Below, one piece after another: positions 20,797 to 32,421 of a stretch of 64,000 nucleotides of DNA (its first letter is position 1; every line of letters starts with the position of its first letter). Under the pieces are notes generated by a model. It was not told the DNA's origin. It did no database searches and saw only the letters and a list, made by a program, of their open reading frames with translations. Position numbers and translations under genes: made by a program. The DNA is from Cyanophora paradoxa CCMP329. Lineage: Eukaryota > Plantae > Glaucophyta. The DNA lies in the NCBI GenBank assembly GCA_004431415.1, contig QPMI01000544.1, positions 1 to 64,000 of the forward strand, written 5' to 3'.

Positions 20797-23700
20797 TCAA
20801 AAGGAAACGCCGACGCCCAGCGCAGCAAAGAGGTCGCGCGGCACCCACGCGCCCTTGACGCCGACGTGCCAGCGGATGTCGTACTTGGGCCCGCGGTCCT
20901 TTGAGAGCTGCAGGCGATCGCGATCCACGAGCTGCATCTCGGGCAGGGAGCGCCCCGCCACCCAGTCCGCCACGACGCGCAGGCCGTTTCCCTTGCCCCT
21001 GCGTATCACGGGCTCCCCCGACGAGGGAAGCCGCGCATAGGGCCCCACGAAGATCGAGCCGACCTCGAAAAACGCGTACTCGCGGCCCCCGTGCCGCAGC
21101 ATCCGCGGGGGCGCCGCCCGCTCGCGGGCGGCGTCGGCGAGCCGCCGGAGGAACCACGCCACGTCCGACTCGCCTGCCGACGGGTGCTCCAGGACCTGGT
21201 GCGCGCGCCCCGAGAGCGCGGCCAGCAGCGACCGCATCGCCTGCGTCGAGACCGCGGGCGACGTCTCGGCGTGGCGCCGGTCCGCGTCCGCCGCGTGGGT
21301 CGAGATGGCGTCCAGCAGCGCCCCGTGAGCGCGCCGCGCCGCCTCGCAGAGGGCCGCCTCGTTTCCGCGCAGCGCGCGCAGCGCCTCGGCGAGCCGGTTC
21401 GCGTCCCCCTCGGGGGACAGCGCCTGGACCGCCGGCCCGCACCACAGTGCGGGGTGCCGCTCGCCAAAGACGGCGGAGAGGGGTTTCCGTTTGCTCTCGG
21501 GGCGGGCGCTCTCGCGAATCGCGGCGTTGCAGACGGCCGTCAGGTTGGCCGTCCCGTAGTGCAGCACGGCGTCGGCGACCCAAGGCCCCTTGGAGCCCGC
21601 CGCATCGCCGATCTCCATGCGCGCGGCGCCGCCAGCGACGCCGCGCGCGTCCCGAGATTCGAGCTGCAGCGCTAGCTGCCCGGGAAGCCGGGCCCGCAGC
21701 GCGCTCGCCGCAGCGCGGTACGCGTCCCCCTCCACGTATCCTTCTTCGTCGCCCTCGGAGCCGCCGTCCTGGCCGTCGTCCTCGTCGTTTGCGATCTCGA
21801 CTTCGGGGCCCGGATCGACCTCGGATTCGTCGTCCGAGTCGCAGGCGTCGTCGCGATCGCCGGCGCCGGCGCCGGCGCCGGCTTCGCCCCCGGCGGCGGC
21901 CGTGGCGGCGGGCGCCGCGTCGGCGTGCACGGCCCTCCGGTAGTGCCCCTCGGCAAAGCGGTACTTGACGGCGTAGGCGGTGGCAAAGGCCATCGTTACG
22001 GGGCAGAGTCCCATCCAGCCGGCGTCCGGGTTCGCTTCGGCGGCCCTCTGCGTCGTTCGCTGGGGCCCGTCGCCGGCGCCGCCTCCGGATCCCGCCCCCG
22101 CCGCCGCCCCGCCCCTTGGCCTTGCGCCGCACCGTCCGCCCATCCTTGGCGATGGCCCCCAGGCGCAGTCCCATCTTGGCCGCCGCCCCCTTGGCGAGGT
22201 CCACGACGTACCCTCGAATCTTGTCTTCGAGGCTCGGCACCTTGGCGCCGCGGGGCAGCCCCACCTCGCAGTACGCCCGCACCTCGGGGTGCCCGTCCGG
22301 GAGCCCCTCTGCCAGGTACCGCGCGCCGATCACGATCCGCCGGCGCGCGTCGCACGCCGGGCCGAAGAGGGGCGCCTCCCCCACCAGCAGCGCCGCGATT
22401 GCTTCGAGCTGCGCGGGTGGGAGCTTCGGGTCGAAGAGCCGCCCAAAGAGGCCTCGATCGCACGAAGAGAGGACGGTCTCGAGGAGCCGCACGCCGCTCG
22501 CCTCGGCGAGCGTCGCGATGTACCGGATCGCGCTCCGCACCGCGTGGTGGGCGTCCTCGTGCAGCGGATTGATGATGCGGCCCGCGCGCTCCGCGTGGAC
22601 CCCCGAGCTCGCGCGCAGCGGCAGCACGGTGCGCGCAAACGCCTTGCACACGCGCCAGAGCTTGTTCGGGGCGAGGGAGACCGAGTCGGCCGCGTCGCCG
22701 GGGCCGACGGCGCAGGCCTCCAGGCGGTGGCGGCGCGCGCAGATCGCCCGCTGCACGGCCAGCATGTCGTAGGTGGTCACGCAGACGGCGCGGCCGTGCG
22801 CTCCGAGCGGCACCCCCGAGGGGCCGAGCTGCTCGGAGGCGACGGGGCGGGAGACGGCGCGCCCCGTGCGCATCGCGCGCTCGATCTCCCCCTGGCGAAT
22901 CGGGTGCAGGGACGGGGCCAGGACGATGGGCATCACCAGCAGCTTCTCCGCCGCCGCGGCCTGCACGCCCTTGAGCTGATTCGCCACCTCCTTCCACTGA
23001 GGCCCCGTCAGAACGGCCCCCGCGAGCTCCAGCCCGTTGACGAATCCCATGGCGCGAAACTTGGCGTCGGCCGCCGCCTCGGGGCGCTCCAATCCGTAAC
23101 GGCGAACCGCCGTCGGCAGCGCCGCCATCTCCGCAAACGCGCGCTCCATCGGCGTGAGCAGCGCGGCGGGATCGACGCCCCGGAACGCCGCCGCGCGCAT
23201 CCTCCGCTCACGCACGTCGTCCAGAATTTCCGCGAGCGTCGCCGCCAGGCTGACCTTGGAGGGCGCGATTGGAGGCCGCAGGAACCCGTCGCACGGGTCA
23301 TCGCCGATGCAGACGAGGAGATTCTTGCAGCGAACGTGGCGCACGCGGGCCAGCGCCTGGGCCTTGCCGTTGACGTCGTACGTTTTGCCCTGCCACATGA
23401 CGAGCACGTAGTCGTAGATGCGGGTCCTCCAGTCGAGGTTGGTGCCCTGCGGAAGGGACGAGTTGTACGCGAGGATATCCGGCACGGTCCCCACGAACTC
23501 CTTGTCCGCGATGCGGGCCTTGTCCTCCTCGGAGGCGCCCGCCCAGATCATCAGGAACCGAACCTCTGGATCCCGGCGCCGCAGCTCGGGGTCCGCCTCG
23601 ACGAGACCCTTGGTCGCGAAGAGGCCGCGGCGGTTGTCGCTGGAGAGCACGACGCGCTGCCCGCTTCGCAGCAGCGCCGCGGCGAGGATGGGGCCGTAGG

Positions 23701-26700
23701 CGTAGGGGAAGAGGATGGCCCTGCGCTCTTCGCGCGCCGGCCTGAGGAGGTACTCGCCGGCCACGAGCAGCGCCGGCGCCGGCGCCGCGCGCGTCGACGG
23801 ACTCGAATCCGGCTGCGGGCCGGAGCTGGGCTGCGGGCTCGAGGCAAAGGCCTTGACGAGGTAGTCGACGTGCGGCTGGCAGAGGTCGGCGTCGGAGCAG
23901 ACGAGGATGGTCGCCGTGGCCAGCAGCCACTCCAGGGTCTCGCGCGCCCGCTCCTGCCTCTCGCCCTCGAGCAGCGTCGACGAGAGCGCGAGTCGGGCGC
24001 ACGCCAGCGCGATCTCGTCGAGGAACACGGCCCCAAAGGGCCTCCCCTCGGTCCTGAAACGGTGCAGGGACTCGAGGGTGGAGAGGAGCTGGGCTACCTG
24101 CTCGGCCAGCGTGTCCGGCCCCACCTCCTGGTACGAGGTCCACGGCATCTCGACGCGAACGAACCGCGGATCCGCGGCGTCCCGCTCGGCGCGCACGGCC
24201 CGGCGGCGAGCCCAGGAGGGGATGGCGGTCGGGCCGTCGCCGTCGTCGGTCCGGACTCGCTTCCGCGTGTAGCGCTCGTCCGACTTGATCTCGTTCGGGT
24301 GCATGCGGCCGGCGGCGAGATGGAGCGCCCGAAAGTCTTCCTCGACGCCGTAGGCCCTGGGATTTTCGCGCATGGCCCACATCAGCCCGCTGATCGCCTG
24401 GGACTTGCCCGTGGAGGTCGGGGCGCGGAGGAAGAGCAGGCGCCGCGCCGCGGGTCCGTTGGCGAGGAACCAGCCTCGGATGGCCTCCGAGTCGACGTGC
24501 GAGCGCGCGTTGCCGTCGTGCGCGATCGCCGGCGTCCACGTCACGGGTGCAAACGGCGGGGACGGGACCGTCGGCGTCAGCGGGCGGAAGAGGTCGGGAA
24601 GCAGCTCGCTCCGAAACGCGCGGCGCTGCTCCCTCCGCAGCCGTGTCCGGTCCCGCTGCGCCGCGTCCCCCTTGCGCGCCGCCTCCTCCTCGATCGCCTC
24701 CAGCGGCGTCGCCTGCAGCGCCGCCGGTCCGGACTCTAGGACGCCCATCACGCGCCGCGTCTCCTTGCTGAGCGGCGAATCCTCGTCGACGCGGATCCGC
24801 CAGGGGGACGGGCCCCGGGCGCCCAGGAACCCGACGGAGCCCGACTCGAGGGCGGGGAAGAGGGCGGCCGCCTCGCGCTGGACCTCGGCGTCCACGGCGT
24901 CCAGCCGCCGGCGCAGCTCGGAGCGCCACACGGGGCCGAGCTCCGCCCCGGCGCACTTGCCTTTGCAGGCGCCGCCGCCGCCGCACGACCGGAGCAGCAC
25001 GCGCCCGGCGTCCGAGTCGGCCTCGATCTTGGCAAACGGCTTCTCGCCCGGCGGGGCCCCCGGGGCGAGCACCCGGCCGCAGCCGGGGCACGGGACGTCG
25101 GCAAAGATGGAGATCTCGTCCGTAAAGGCGTCGAAGCGCAGCGCGTAGGGCCCCGTGCGGGGGGCCGGGGGCGCGCTCCCCCCGACCCGCGCCACCGCCC
25201 GATCGATCCCAGAGCTCGCGTACTCGGCCAGGTCGGCGAGGAGGGCGTCGATGCGCGCGCAGGCGGCCCGATCTTCGACGTTGGACTCTGCCGAGGCCCT
25301 CGCGCGGCCCTTCCAGACGAGCACGCCGCGCCAGGGGCGATCTCGGCACTTGGGGACGCAGTGGTTGTCGCCGAGGCAGCCGGCCGTGACGGAGGCGACG
25401 TGGGCGATGCCGCTCTCGCGCGGGGCGGAGAGGGTCGCCGGCTTCCAGTCGTGCGTGTAGCGCGGCGCCGGCGCGCCGGCCGCGGCCGGAGCGGGGGAGG
25501 CCGCGAAATGGGGGCAGGGATCGTCGCCCTCGCTGCGATCGCTCGGGTAGAGGAAGAAGAGCCGCTCCGCCGGAGCGATGGCGCGGTGCCCGAGCCCCAG
25601 CCGCTCGGCGGCGGCGCGGAGGACGGCCCTCTCCAGCCCGGTCCCGTCGCATACGGGTCGGGGGGCGGCCGCGGGGCCACCCAACGTGCGGGCCCGCTTG
25701 CCCAGGGGGGCAGGGGCGCCCGAGCCGGCCGCAGCCGCAGCCGCAGCTGCACGATCAGCCGCGGGATCCGGATCCACGCCCACGACGCCGGGCGCGGCGG
25801 CGTCGAATTCGCGCAGAAAGTAGCCCCGCACGAACTCGCCGTAAAAGAAATCGTAGAAGCGCGCGACGGCGGGATCCGGCGCCGCGGGGGAGCCGGCGAG
25901 CGCGTCGGGCGCGTCGGGGTCGGCGACGGCCGTCGGGAAGCGCGCCGTGAGGGGGTGGGGCGTCTCGTCCGTGCGCATCCCGACGTTGGGCGCGAGGGGC
26001 CCCTTGTCGAGCACGGAAAAGAGCTCCGCCACGTCCGCGTCGCTGTAGCCCAGCGCCCCGGAGAGGAACGGCTTCAGCACGCGGTCCAGCAGCGCCGCCG
26101 TCGACCACCCGCAGCTGCGCGCGCCGCCGGGGCCGGTCGAATCGACCTTGGCCGTCGCGGGATCGACCCGCGCGCCCGCCACGCGGGCAAAGAGGCGCGC
26201 GTCGGCCACCGTCGCGTGAAATCCCTTGCAGCCGCTGAAAGCGAGGAGGCAGGGGATCCCGCGCGCGCGGCACGCGCGCAGCAGCTTGCGGCCGGCCTCC
26301 AGGGCGGGCAGGAGGCGCGGCTCGGCCCCTAGAAAATCGGAGAGGGTCCGAGCCCCGCGGAGCGCGGCGGCCGCCGCCGCCTTCGGTCCGGCCCCGCAGA
26401 TCCCGGGCGAGTCGAGGTCCAGGCAGCCGAGGTAGGCGACGGAGGCGACGGAGCCTCCGGCGGTGACCGCGCAGAAGCGGTGGGCCACCTGGAACCAGCC
26501 GCGGCGGCCGGCCGCCGAGCAGAGGTCCCGGAGGGCCCGACGGGTCGGGGCGGCCTTGAAGAGATCCGCGCCCGGGCGGGCCCCGGGGACCGCAGAGAGG
26601 GGATCGAACTTGGCGCAGACAAAGACGTCGGGCTCGGAGCCGACGAGGCGGCACGCGCACGCGCACGCCCCGGCCGCCTGCGCAGCGGTGGCGGGGCCCC

Positions 26701-26884
26701 CCGCGGGCGGCGACGCGACGAGGGACTCCATCATCAACGCGCGGTCGGGCGCGACGACGTGGATGCGGCGCGGGGCGTCTGGAATCGGGACCGTTGCGTT
26801 TGCGTCGCGTTTCCCCCCCGCCGCCTCGTCGTTTGCGACGCGCCCAGGCGGCGACGCGACGGAAGCTGCGCCCTCTACCTCCAT
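20797..26884 (-). CDS. AEP primase-like + Cys/Zn region + herpes UL9/origin-binding-type SF2 helicase fusion (~2000 aa); apparent frameshift near 22110 joins ORF 26884 to ORF 20797-22143
   Basis: AEP motifs CLDLD and FSGCKGFH; Cys clusters CPHF, CLGDNHCVPKC, CPGC. Helicase motifs LRAPTSTGKS, TLESLHRF, VFLDEI, SDADL, AYNSSLPQGTN, QALARVR. The long ORF turns into Arg-rich off-frame text after a G-rich run while the other frame reads as normal protein. Confidence 0.8.
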
Positions 26885-27513
26885 TTCCTTTTGCCGCCTT
26901 TCGAATGATGCCAGCCCGGCACCCGGTTCCCTTTTATCGGCGTCCCCGCTGGCCCAATTACAAGGCTATTTTCTTTCGCGCGTGACTTTTCTTCCGTTTC
27001 GGCCGTCAGCCCACCCTGGATATGCACATGTGGGCTTCTCGAGGCCAGGGCGAACGAGGGTCGGCGCGCGCTCAGATCAGGTCAGAACGAATTCGGATCC
27101 ATGTCAAACGTCCCTTGCATTCCTCGAACGAACCATCCTAGAACGTTGACGGCGGCGAGAATTCCAATTCGAAATTCGGGATCCGGAGGCAGTCTCGATT
27201 TTTAAACGTACACGCAGATCGAAATCATGCGAACATCCCTTCACTTTCCTTGCCTATCTAGCGAATCCTTTTCCAATATCAAACGGCGGCGAGAATTTGA
27301 ATTCCAAAGTCAAAAGGCAGCCTCCGTTCTCGAGCTTGCACGCAAATTCAAACATCCCTTGCATCTCTATTGAATCTTCTGTCCACCTCGAGCTCGCAGC
27401 GGCGGCGAAAATCCGAATGATTGCAAGCGTACTCCCTTAAAAGGGCCCGGGGAAATCCAACGGGGGTACGCGGAGGCGCACCCGCCAGCGTAAGCCCGAG
27501 CCCGACCTCGAGC

Positions 27514-28206
27514 ATGTCGCCGTCCGCACCCGTCCCCGAGCCGGCCCCCTGCGACGTCCCGGCCCACCGCCTCGTCGAGTACGATAGAGTCGAGGGCGTC
27601 TCCCGCTGCCCCCTGGCCATCGGGACGGCCCCCGGCGGCCGCATTCGCTTCGAGACCGCCAAACTGCCGCTGCCGGGGGACCCCGAGGTCGATTCCGAGG
27701 CCCGCCGACGGCACGTCGAGTTTGGCACCGCGTGCTATCTGGCGTGGCGCTGCTTCCAGAACCGGGACCGCCGGCCTCCCCGCCCCGTGCGCTGGAGCGA
27801 CGAGTGCCCCGCCTGCCTCGAGCCCGTGGCGCGGCCGGTGGCGAGCGCGTGCGGGCACGTCCTCTGCTTTGCGTGCATGGTCCTCTGGCCGTGGGCCACG
27901 TGCCCCGTCTGCCGCGAGGTCTGCCCCGTCGGCGGGGTCTACTTTCTCGCATCCGAGCACGCTCGCCTCGCGCGGGAATCGCCGCGCGCGTACGCCGAGC
28001 GCCTCGCGCAAGAGGCCCACGTTCGGCTCGGCTGGATGCCCGGGTCGTTTCGGGACCGATTCGCGAGCGTCGACTGGATGATGGTGACGCTCGAAGGATC
28101 CGGAGGGTTCGGGCTCGAGGCGCCGGCGCCCCCCGACTCGCCGGCGGCGGGATCCGGAACGAAAGGCAAACGCCGCGCCGATATCGATCTCGCTAGAGAG
28201 GCCTAG
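27514..28206 (+). CDS. C3HC4 RING finger protein
   Basis: CPACLEPVARPVASACGHVLCFACMVLWPWATCPVCR. Confidence 0.85.
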   Translation: MSPSAPVPEPAPCDVPAHRLVEYDRVEGVSRCPLAIGTAPGGRIRFETAKLPLPGDPEVDSEARRRHVEFGTACYLAWRCFQNRDRRPPRPVRWSDECPACLEPVARPVASACGHVLCFACMVLWPWATCPVCREVCPVGGVYFLASEHARLARESPRAYAERLAQEAHVRLGWMPGSFRDRFASVDWMMVTLEGSGGFGLEAPAPPDSPAAGSGTKGKRRADIDLAREA

Positions 28207-28502
28207 GGCCGGGCCTCGTGTGAATAGATAGATATCTGTATATGAATCCGGAAATGCAATCCAGCCCTCGCAAAACATTTATTTTCGAGTTCGATTCGCA
28301 TCGATATCTCGGATCTGGAACTGGCGTGCTCGCGCGCTACCCGAGCGCAATTATAATTACGTGGGCGGCTACGACGCGCCATCTATAAATAGGTGAGGCT
28401 CACATGCATATGATCCGAGCCGCCGCAGCGTTCGGCCCAACGGGACTCCTATAAATTGCCGCCGCCGGTACCTCTCTTTCACTCTTTGCAAGCGAATCCA
28501 TC

Positions 28503-29420
28503 ATGTCGGTCGCCAATACGAATGCTACTTTGCGTCGCGTCGATGGCGCGAACGAGAGCGGCGCCCGCGACCGTGATCATGCTCTTGGGCGCTCCGTCCT
28601 CGTCGAGTCCGGTGATGCGTCGCGTGCGGACGAACGCGCGACTCTCGTCGGGAGCTGGGTCGACGTCGCGTCCGTCGATGCCACGCGTACGGGCTCACCT
28701 CTTGAACAGCAACGCGCGCGCTTCGAGTGGAAGGGACCGAAGACCGTTCTCCACAAGCTGCTCGACGATCAGGGCGTTTACGCCGAGGTCCAGCTGTGCG
28801 TCTTCGGACTCTACGGGCGCGCTCTGTTCTGCGAGGGTGACGATGGCCTGCCCAAGACGGGCCTCTACTACGAGGGGACATATCGCAGCGGCAAAAACGT
28901 TGCCATCAGCTGCCTTACCGAGGTCGCCAACGCCGCGGGGCTCCAGCACGTTCTTAAGCGCTTCGTTGATTGCTGTGACGATCTCATAGTGCCGGAGTGT
29001 GTCCGTGACGCGATCTCGGCCGTCAAGCAGCCCCGCGCGCTCACCCTCTTCTTGGGGCAGCACGTGTACTCTTCCAGGCTCTTTGGGAAACTTTGGGACG
29101 GCCGCACCAAGACGGTCATCGCCAAGCGCAGACTGCCGCACCTGGATTCCCGGCCGTTTCGCGCCAAGGCCGACGCCATCCGCTATGAGCCACTCTTTCT
29201 CTGCATCCAGTTTCCGCGAGGAATTATTGACCCATTGGACCTCTCTGCCCGCATCACATCAGAGGTCGACGCACTCCTTCAAGCCTACAGACAGGCGTAC
29301 TCCATTCTCCTTGCCGACCCGAAGATGCTAGAGGCCGCCGACGCCGTCCTCCGCAACGGCCCAAAGTTCAAGCCTATCGGGCCTGAGTTCCGCGACTGGA
29401 CCCTCGCGATCGCCCAGTAG
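28503..29420 (+). CDS. Degenerate D5-like (SF3) helicase-domain protein, NCLDV-type
   Basis: GLYGRALF..DD....GLYYEGTYRSGKN (altered P-loop) and QFPRGIIDPLDLSARITSEVDALLQAYRQAY recall the algal-virus D5 helicase domain; no clear Walker B; TATAAAT at ~28450 upstream. Confidence 0.5.
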   Translation: MSVANTNATLRRVDGANESGARDRDHALGRSVLVESGDASRADERATLVGSWVDVASVDATRTGSPLEQQRARFEWKGPKTVLHKLLDDQGVYAEVQLCVFGLYGRALFCEGDDGLPKTGLYYEGTYRSGKNVAISCLTEVANAAGLQHVLKRFVDCCDDLIVPECVRDAISAVKQPRALTLFLGQHVYSSRLFGKLWDGRTKTVIAKRRLPHLDSRPFRAKADAIRYEPLFLCIQFPRGIIDPLDLSARITSEVDALLQAYRQAYSILLADPKMLEAADAVLRNGPKFKPIGPEFRDWTLAIAQ

Positions 29421-29539
29421 GGTAGCGTCCGCCCAGTAATTATAAGGTAGCGCGCGGTATACGTATACGCAGATGCACCGGGCTGGTACACCGGTCTGGG
29501 AAAAGTCGAATTCGTGTTGTTGGATCCGCATTGTGCAGG

Positions 29540-29966
29540 CGGGCGAGCTGAGCTCGGCCACAGGGAGAGACGGAGGGAGGGGCGGGGCTCTAGATCTCGG
29601 GGGGCGGGGCGGGCGGTGCTGCTCGCAACCAAGAGAGGGAGGCCTTGTGAGCAAAGCCTGGACGTAAATGGGAAACGCCGTAGCCCCAGGGCGGGCGAGC
29701 TGAGCTTGGCCGGAGGGAGAGAGGGGAGAGGGTGGGGCCTTGAGCGAAGCCTGGACGTAAATGGGAAACGCCGTACCCCCATGGCGGGCGAGCTGAGCTT
29801 GGTAAGAGGGAGAGATGGGAGAGGGTGGGGCCTTGAGCGAAGCCTGGACGTAAATGGGAAACGCCGTACCCCCAGGGAGGCGAGCTCAGCGGCTGAGCTT
29901 GGTTAGAGGGAGAGATGGGAGAGATGGGAGCCTTGGCCTTGGGCAAAGCCTGGACGTAAATGGGAG

Positions 29967-30010
<44 letters not shown>

Positions 30011-30420
30011 CCATCAGCCAAACTGAGCAGCCAAACAATAGAGAACTAGCTCTCCCTGAACTCTTCATCTCTTTTTGTTAACCCTTCTGCATGCTAAAAC
30101 AGCTCTAATTTATGAGCCAAAAGATTGAAACCGGCTGACCCGTTAATATTCATTATTCGAAGCTGCACGTTTCAGCATGCTCAGGTCCCTGCATTCAGAG
30201 AGGAAAGCCGCGGGTACAGCGTTTCCCATTATCGTCCCCACCTCTCCTATATATATGGCCGAGATTCTCCGCAGATCGAGTGCGGAGAGACGCTGGGTAC
30301 AGCGTTTCCCATTATCATCCGCACCTCTCCTATGGCCGAGATTCTCCGCAGATCGAGTGCGGAGAGGCGCTGGGTACAGCGTTTCCCATAATCGTCCCCA
30401 CCTCCCGTATGGCCTGGGTC
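29540..30420 (+). repeat. Composite site copy 4 (diverged): 4 A-units, poly-C, different shorter core, 3 B-units
   Basis: CCTGGACGTAAATGGGAAACGCCGTA at ~29657, 29750, 29843, 29949 (last truncated); CCATCAGCCAAAC after the C-run; GGTACAGCGTTTCCCAT at ~30213, 30296, 30373. Confidence 0.9.
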
Positions 30421-30679
30421 CTTTGCAGAGACGAGAGCCCCCGCTCGGCCCCCTCGCAATCGTATATTTATAAATGTTTTCAAATTACGAGCGCAGATCT
30501 AGATCTACAGACTCTGCTTGCTTGCATAGCCCCGGATACTGACCCTCGCTCTGTCCGCGGTATTTCGCATCCTGCGAGGCTGCAGGCAACCATTCTCGCT
30601 TTCGCCGTAAACAGCAGCGGGGTGCGTGGGGCGCCCGCGGCCGGCCTCGCGATTGAGCTTGCGTGCACGTGCGCTCGAG

Positions 30680-31579
30680 CTAGGGCTCCTGCTCCTCCGC
30701 GTGCTTGCGCTTCCGGCGTTCGGTGGCCAGCTCGAGCTTCTCGACCCGCGCCTCGGGGAACCGGATTCCAACCGTATCAACCAGCCAGCGGCGGGCCGCG
30801 GCAAGGTCGAAGCGCTCCTCCAGCGTCATTGGGTCGTAGCCGGCCACCGAAAGGGACCCGCGGGGGCGGTGCTGCTGGTAGCGACGCGGGTTGAGGCGGA
30901 AGCGCTTTACGATTTCCGCAAAGGAGACGCATTCGGGCCCCGCGGGGAGGCCCTGGCGGCGCTTTCGCTCTTTCATCCCCACACCGCGGTTCGTGAGGCC
31001 CCGCCCGTCGGTGAGAATGTGCGGGACGGTGTCGCCGTAGAGGCCGTACCGGTTGTTCATACTCTTGGATTCCCACGGAAGCACTTGGTCCGCTGTTATG
31101 TCGCAGCGGGCGCAGGCAGGGCACAGGAGCCAGTTTGTGAGCGGGTCGACGACGGGAGGCTCGCGATCGCGCAGCGCGTACGGGCTCCCATACGAGACTT
31201 GGTTCCCGTAGTGGCAGACCCGGCAGCGGGTCGCCCCAAAGCCGAAGAAAACCATGTGCGCTGTCCCGCGCGGGGCTCCCTCCGGGATCAGAATGCCGCA
31301 CTCGTCCTTGCAGAGCGCCCTCCACGCCGCATCTTCCTCTGCCACGAGGGTGCGATACGCGCGGCAGGTGGATCCCAGGGTCACCTTTGCGCACTTGGGG
31401 CCCAACTTTGCGACGATGCTGCGGACGATTTCATCGGGGAGGTCGGCGAGCGATCTTGACGTGACGCAGGGTGAGTCGCGCGACGCGACGATCGCCATCG
31501 AAAGAAATTCGTACGGCAATGTCGCGAGGGTCCCGGGAGACGCAACGGACGCCGGATCGACGGGTGCCAAATTCGACAT
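30680..31579 (-). CDS. F-box protein with Cys-pair region
   Basis: SLADLPDEIVRSIVAKLGPKCAKVTLGSTCRAYRTLVAEEDAAWRALC is an F-box signature; CRVC...CPAC follows. Confidence 0.75.
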   Translation of the reverse strand: MSNLAPVDPASVASPGTLATLPYEFLSMAIVASRDSPCVTSRSLADLPDEIVRSIVAKLGPKCAKVTLGSTCRAYRTLVAEEDAAWRALCKDECGILIPEGAPRGTAHMVFFGFGATRCRVCHYGNQVSYGSPYALRDREPPVVDPLTNWLLCPACARCDITADQVLPWESKSMNNRYGLYGDTVPHILTDGRGLTNRGVGMKERKRRQGLPAGPECVSFAEIVKRFRLNPRRYQQHRPRGSLSVAGYDPMTLEERFDLAAARRWLVDTVGIRFPEARVEKLELATERRKRKHAEEQEP

Positions 31580-32091
31580 TGGATTGCGAATGGGGACCAT
31601 TGTGATCGGACGCCGACCAGTCGATTTCTTTTTGTGATTCGACTCCCCTACCCCACGTGCTCCCTCGTCGTATGAAGAATTGCATTTTCTACTGAAGCAG
31701 TTACATTTAATAGGTGACCACTGCGCATAAAAAGTGTACATGTGCACGCATACGTCGGAATAAATGTACACATGCATATTCTGACGCATGGCCGTCGGCC
31801 GCAAACGCCGAGCAAACAGAAATTGAAACAATCGATATCGAATTGCAAGCGCACGACACCGTATCTGCGTTTCAAGCTGTTATCTAGCGAAAATGCAACT
31901 GTTGCATCATAGATTCGAAATCGTAAGCGGCTCATCATCATCATCAAGTTGTGTTCACACGAAGCATTCGATGCGTATGTACACGCGGAGTAGACGGGCC
32001 GTGCTTGTGGGGAAGGACATGATGCGTGCGTTCTTAAATAGACCGCCCGCCCCGCAGCTGTCGACCGGTGGACCTGCCTCGTCATAAGCAG

Positions 32092-32421
32092 ATGACACTG
32101 CGCACCGGCCGCAGCGGCAACTTGGAGATCGTCATCGAGCCAACCCTCGAAGGCGGACCAAAGCTCGTAGTAGAACTCGATGCAGGGGAAACGAAGATAG
32201 TGCGAGCCGGAGAATGGACGCTGTGGGTTGTCTCGCTGCACGGCGTGAGGGCCCTGGACACGCGGTGCTGTGCTTGGGGGGTCGAGTACGCGTTTTCATA
32301 TCCCATCGGCGGCTTGGAAGGGCACCCCGATGGCTCTCTCGACGTGCTATTCGAGGGCGGTGGTCGGCGATTCCTTCCAAGGCCTTTCGAGGGAACGAAC
32401 GGCGCCTTCCAGTCCCCTTGA
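32092..32421 (+). CDS. Small hypothetical protein
   Basis: Protein-like composition (LEIVIEPTLEGGPKLVVELDAGE...); no family recognised. Confidence 0.35.
   Translation: MTLRTGRSGNLEIVIEPTLEGGPKLVVELDAGETKIVRAGEWTLWVVSLHGVRALDTRCCAWGVEYAFSYPIGGLEGHPDGSLDVLFEGGGRRFLPRPFEGTNGAFQSP

Larger units (their letters stand above)
700..32420. mobile_element. Putative endogenous DNA-virus-like or large mobile element region (boundaries unproven; may extend further right)
   Basis: Intronless Rep, AEP-SF2 helicase, D5-like, TFIIB-like, GIY-YIG, RING and F-box genes interleaved with four copies of one composite repeat site; no capsid or integrase seen. Confidence 0.55.

Noticed and set aside
20717-22100. 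Arg-rich C-terminus of the 2055-aa ORF
   Set aside because: Off-frame read-through of GC-rich coding DNA; the alternative frame is protein-like.
21980-24739. 919-aa plus-strand ORF, and the 699-aa ORF at 35489-37588
   Set aside because: Antisense shadows of high-GC3 genes.
700-32420. Assignment to Helitron, Polinton/Maverick or Replitron
   Set aside because: No Pif1-type RepHel, no protein-primed polB, integrase, packaging ATPase or capsid; this Rep retains a circovirus-like SF3 helicase.
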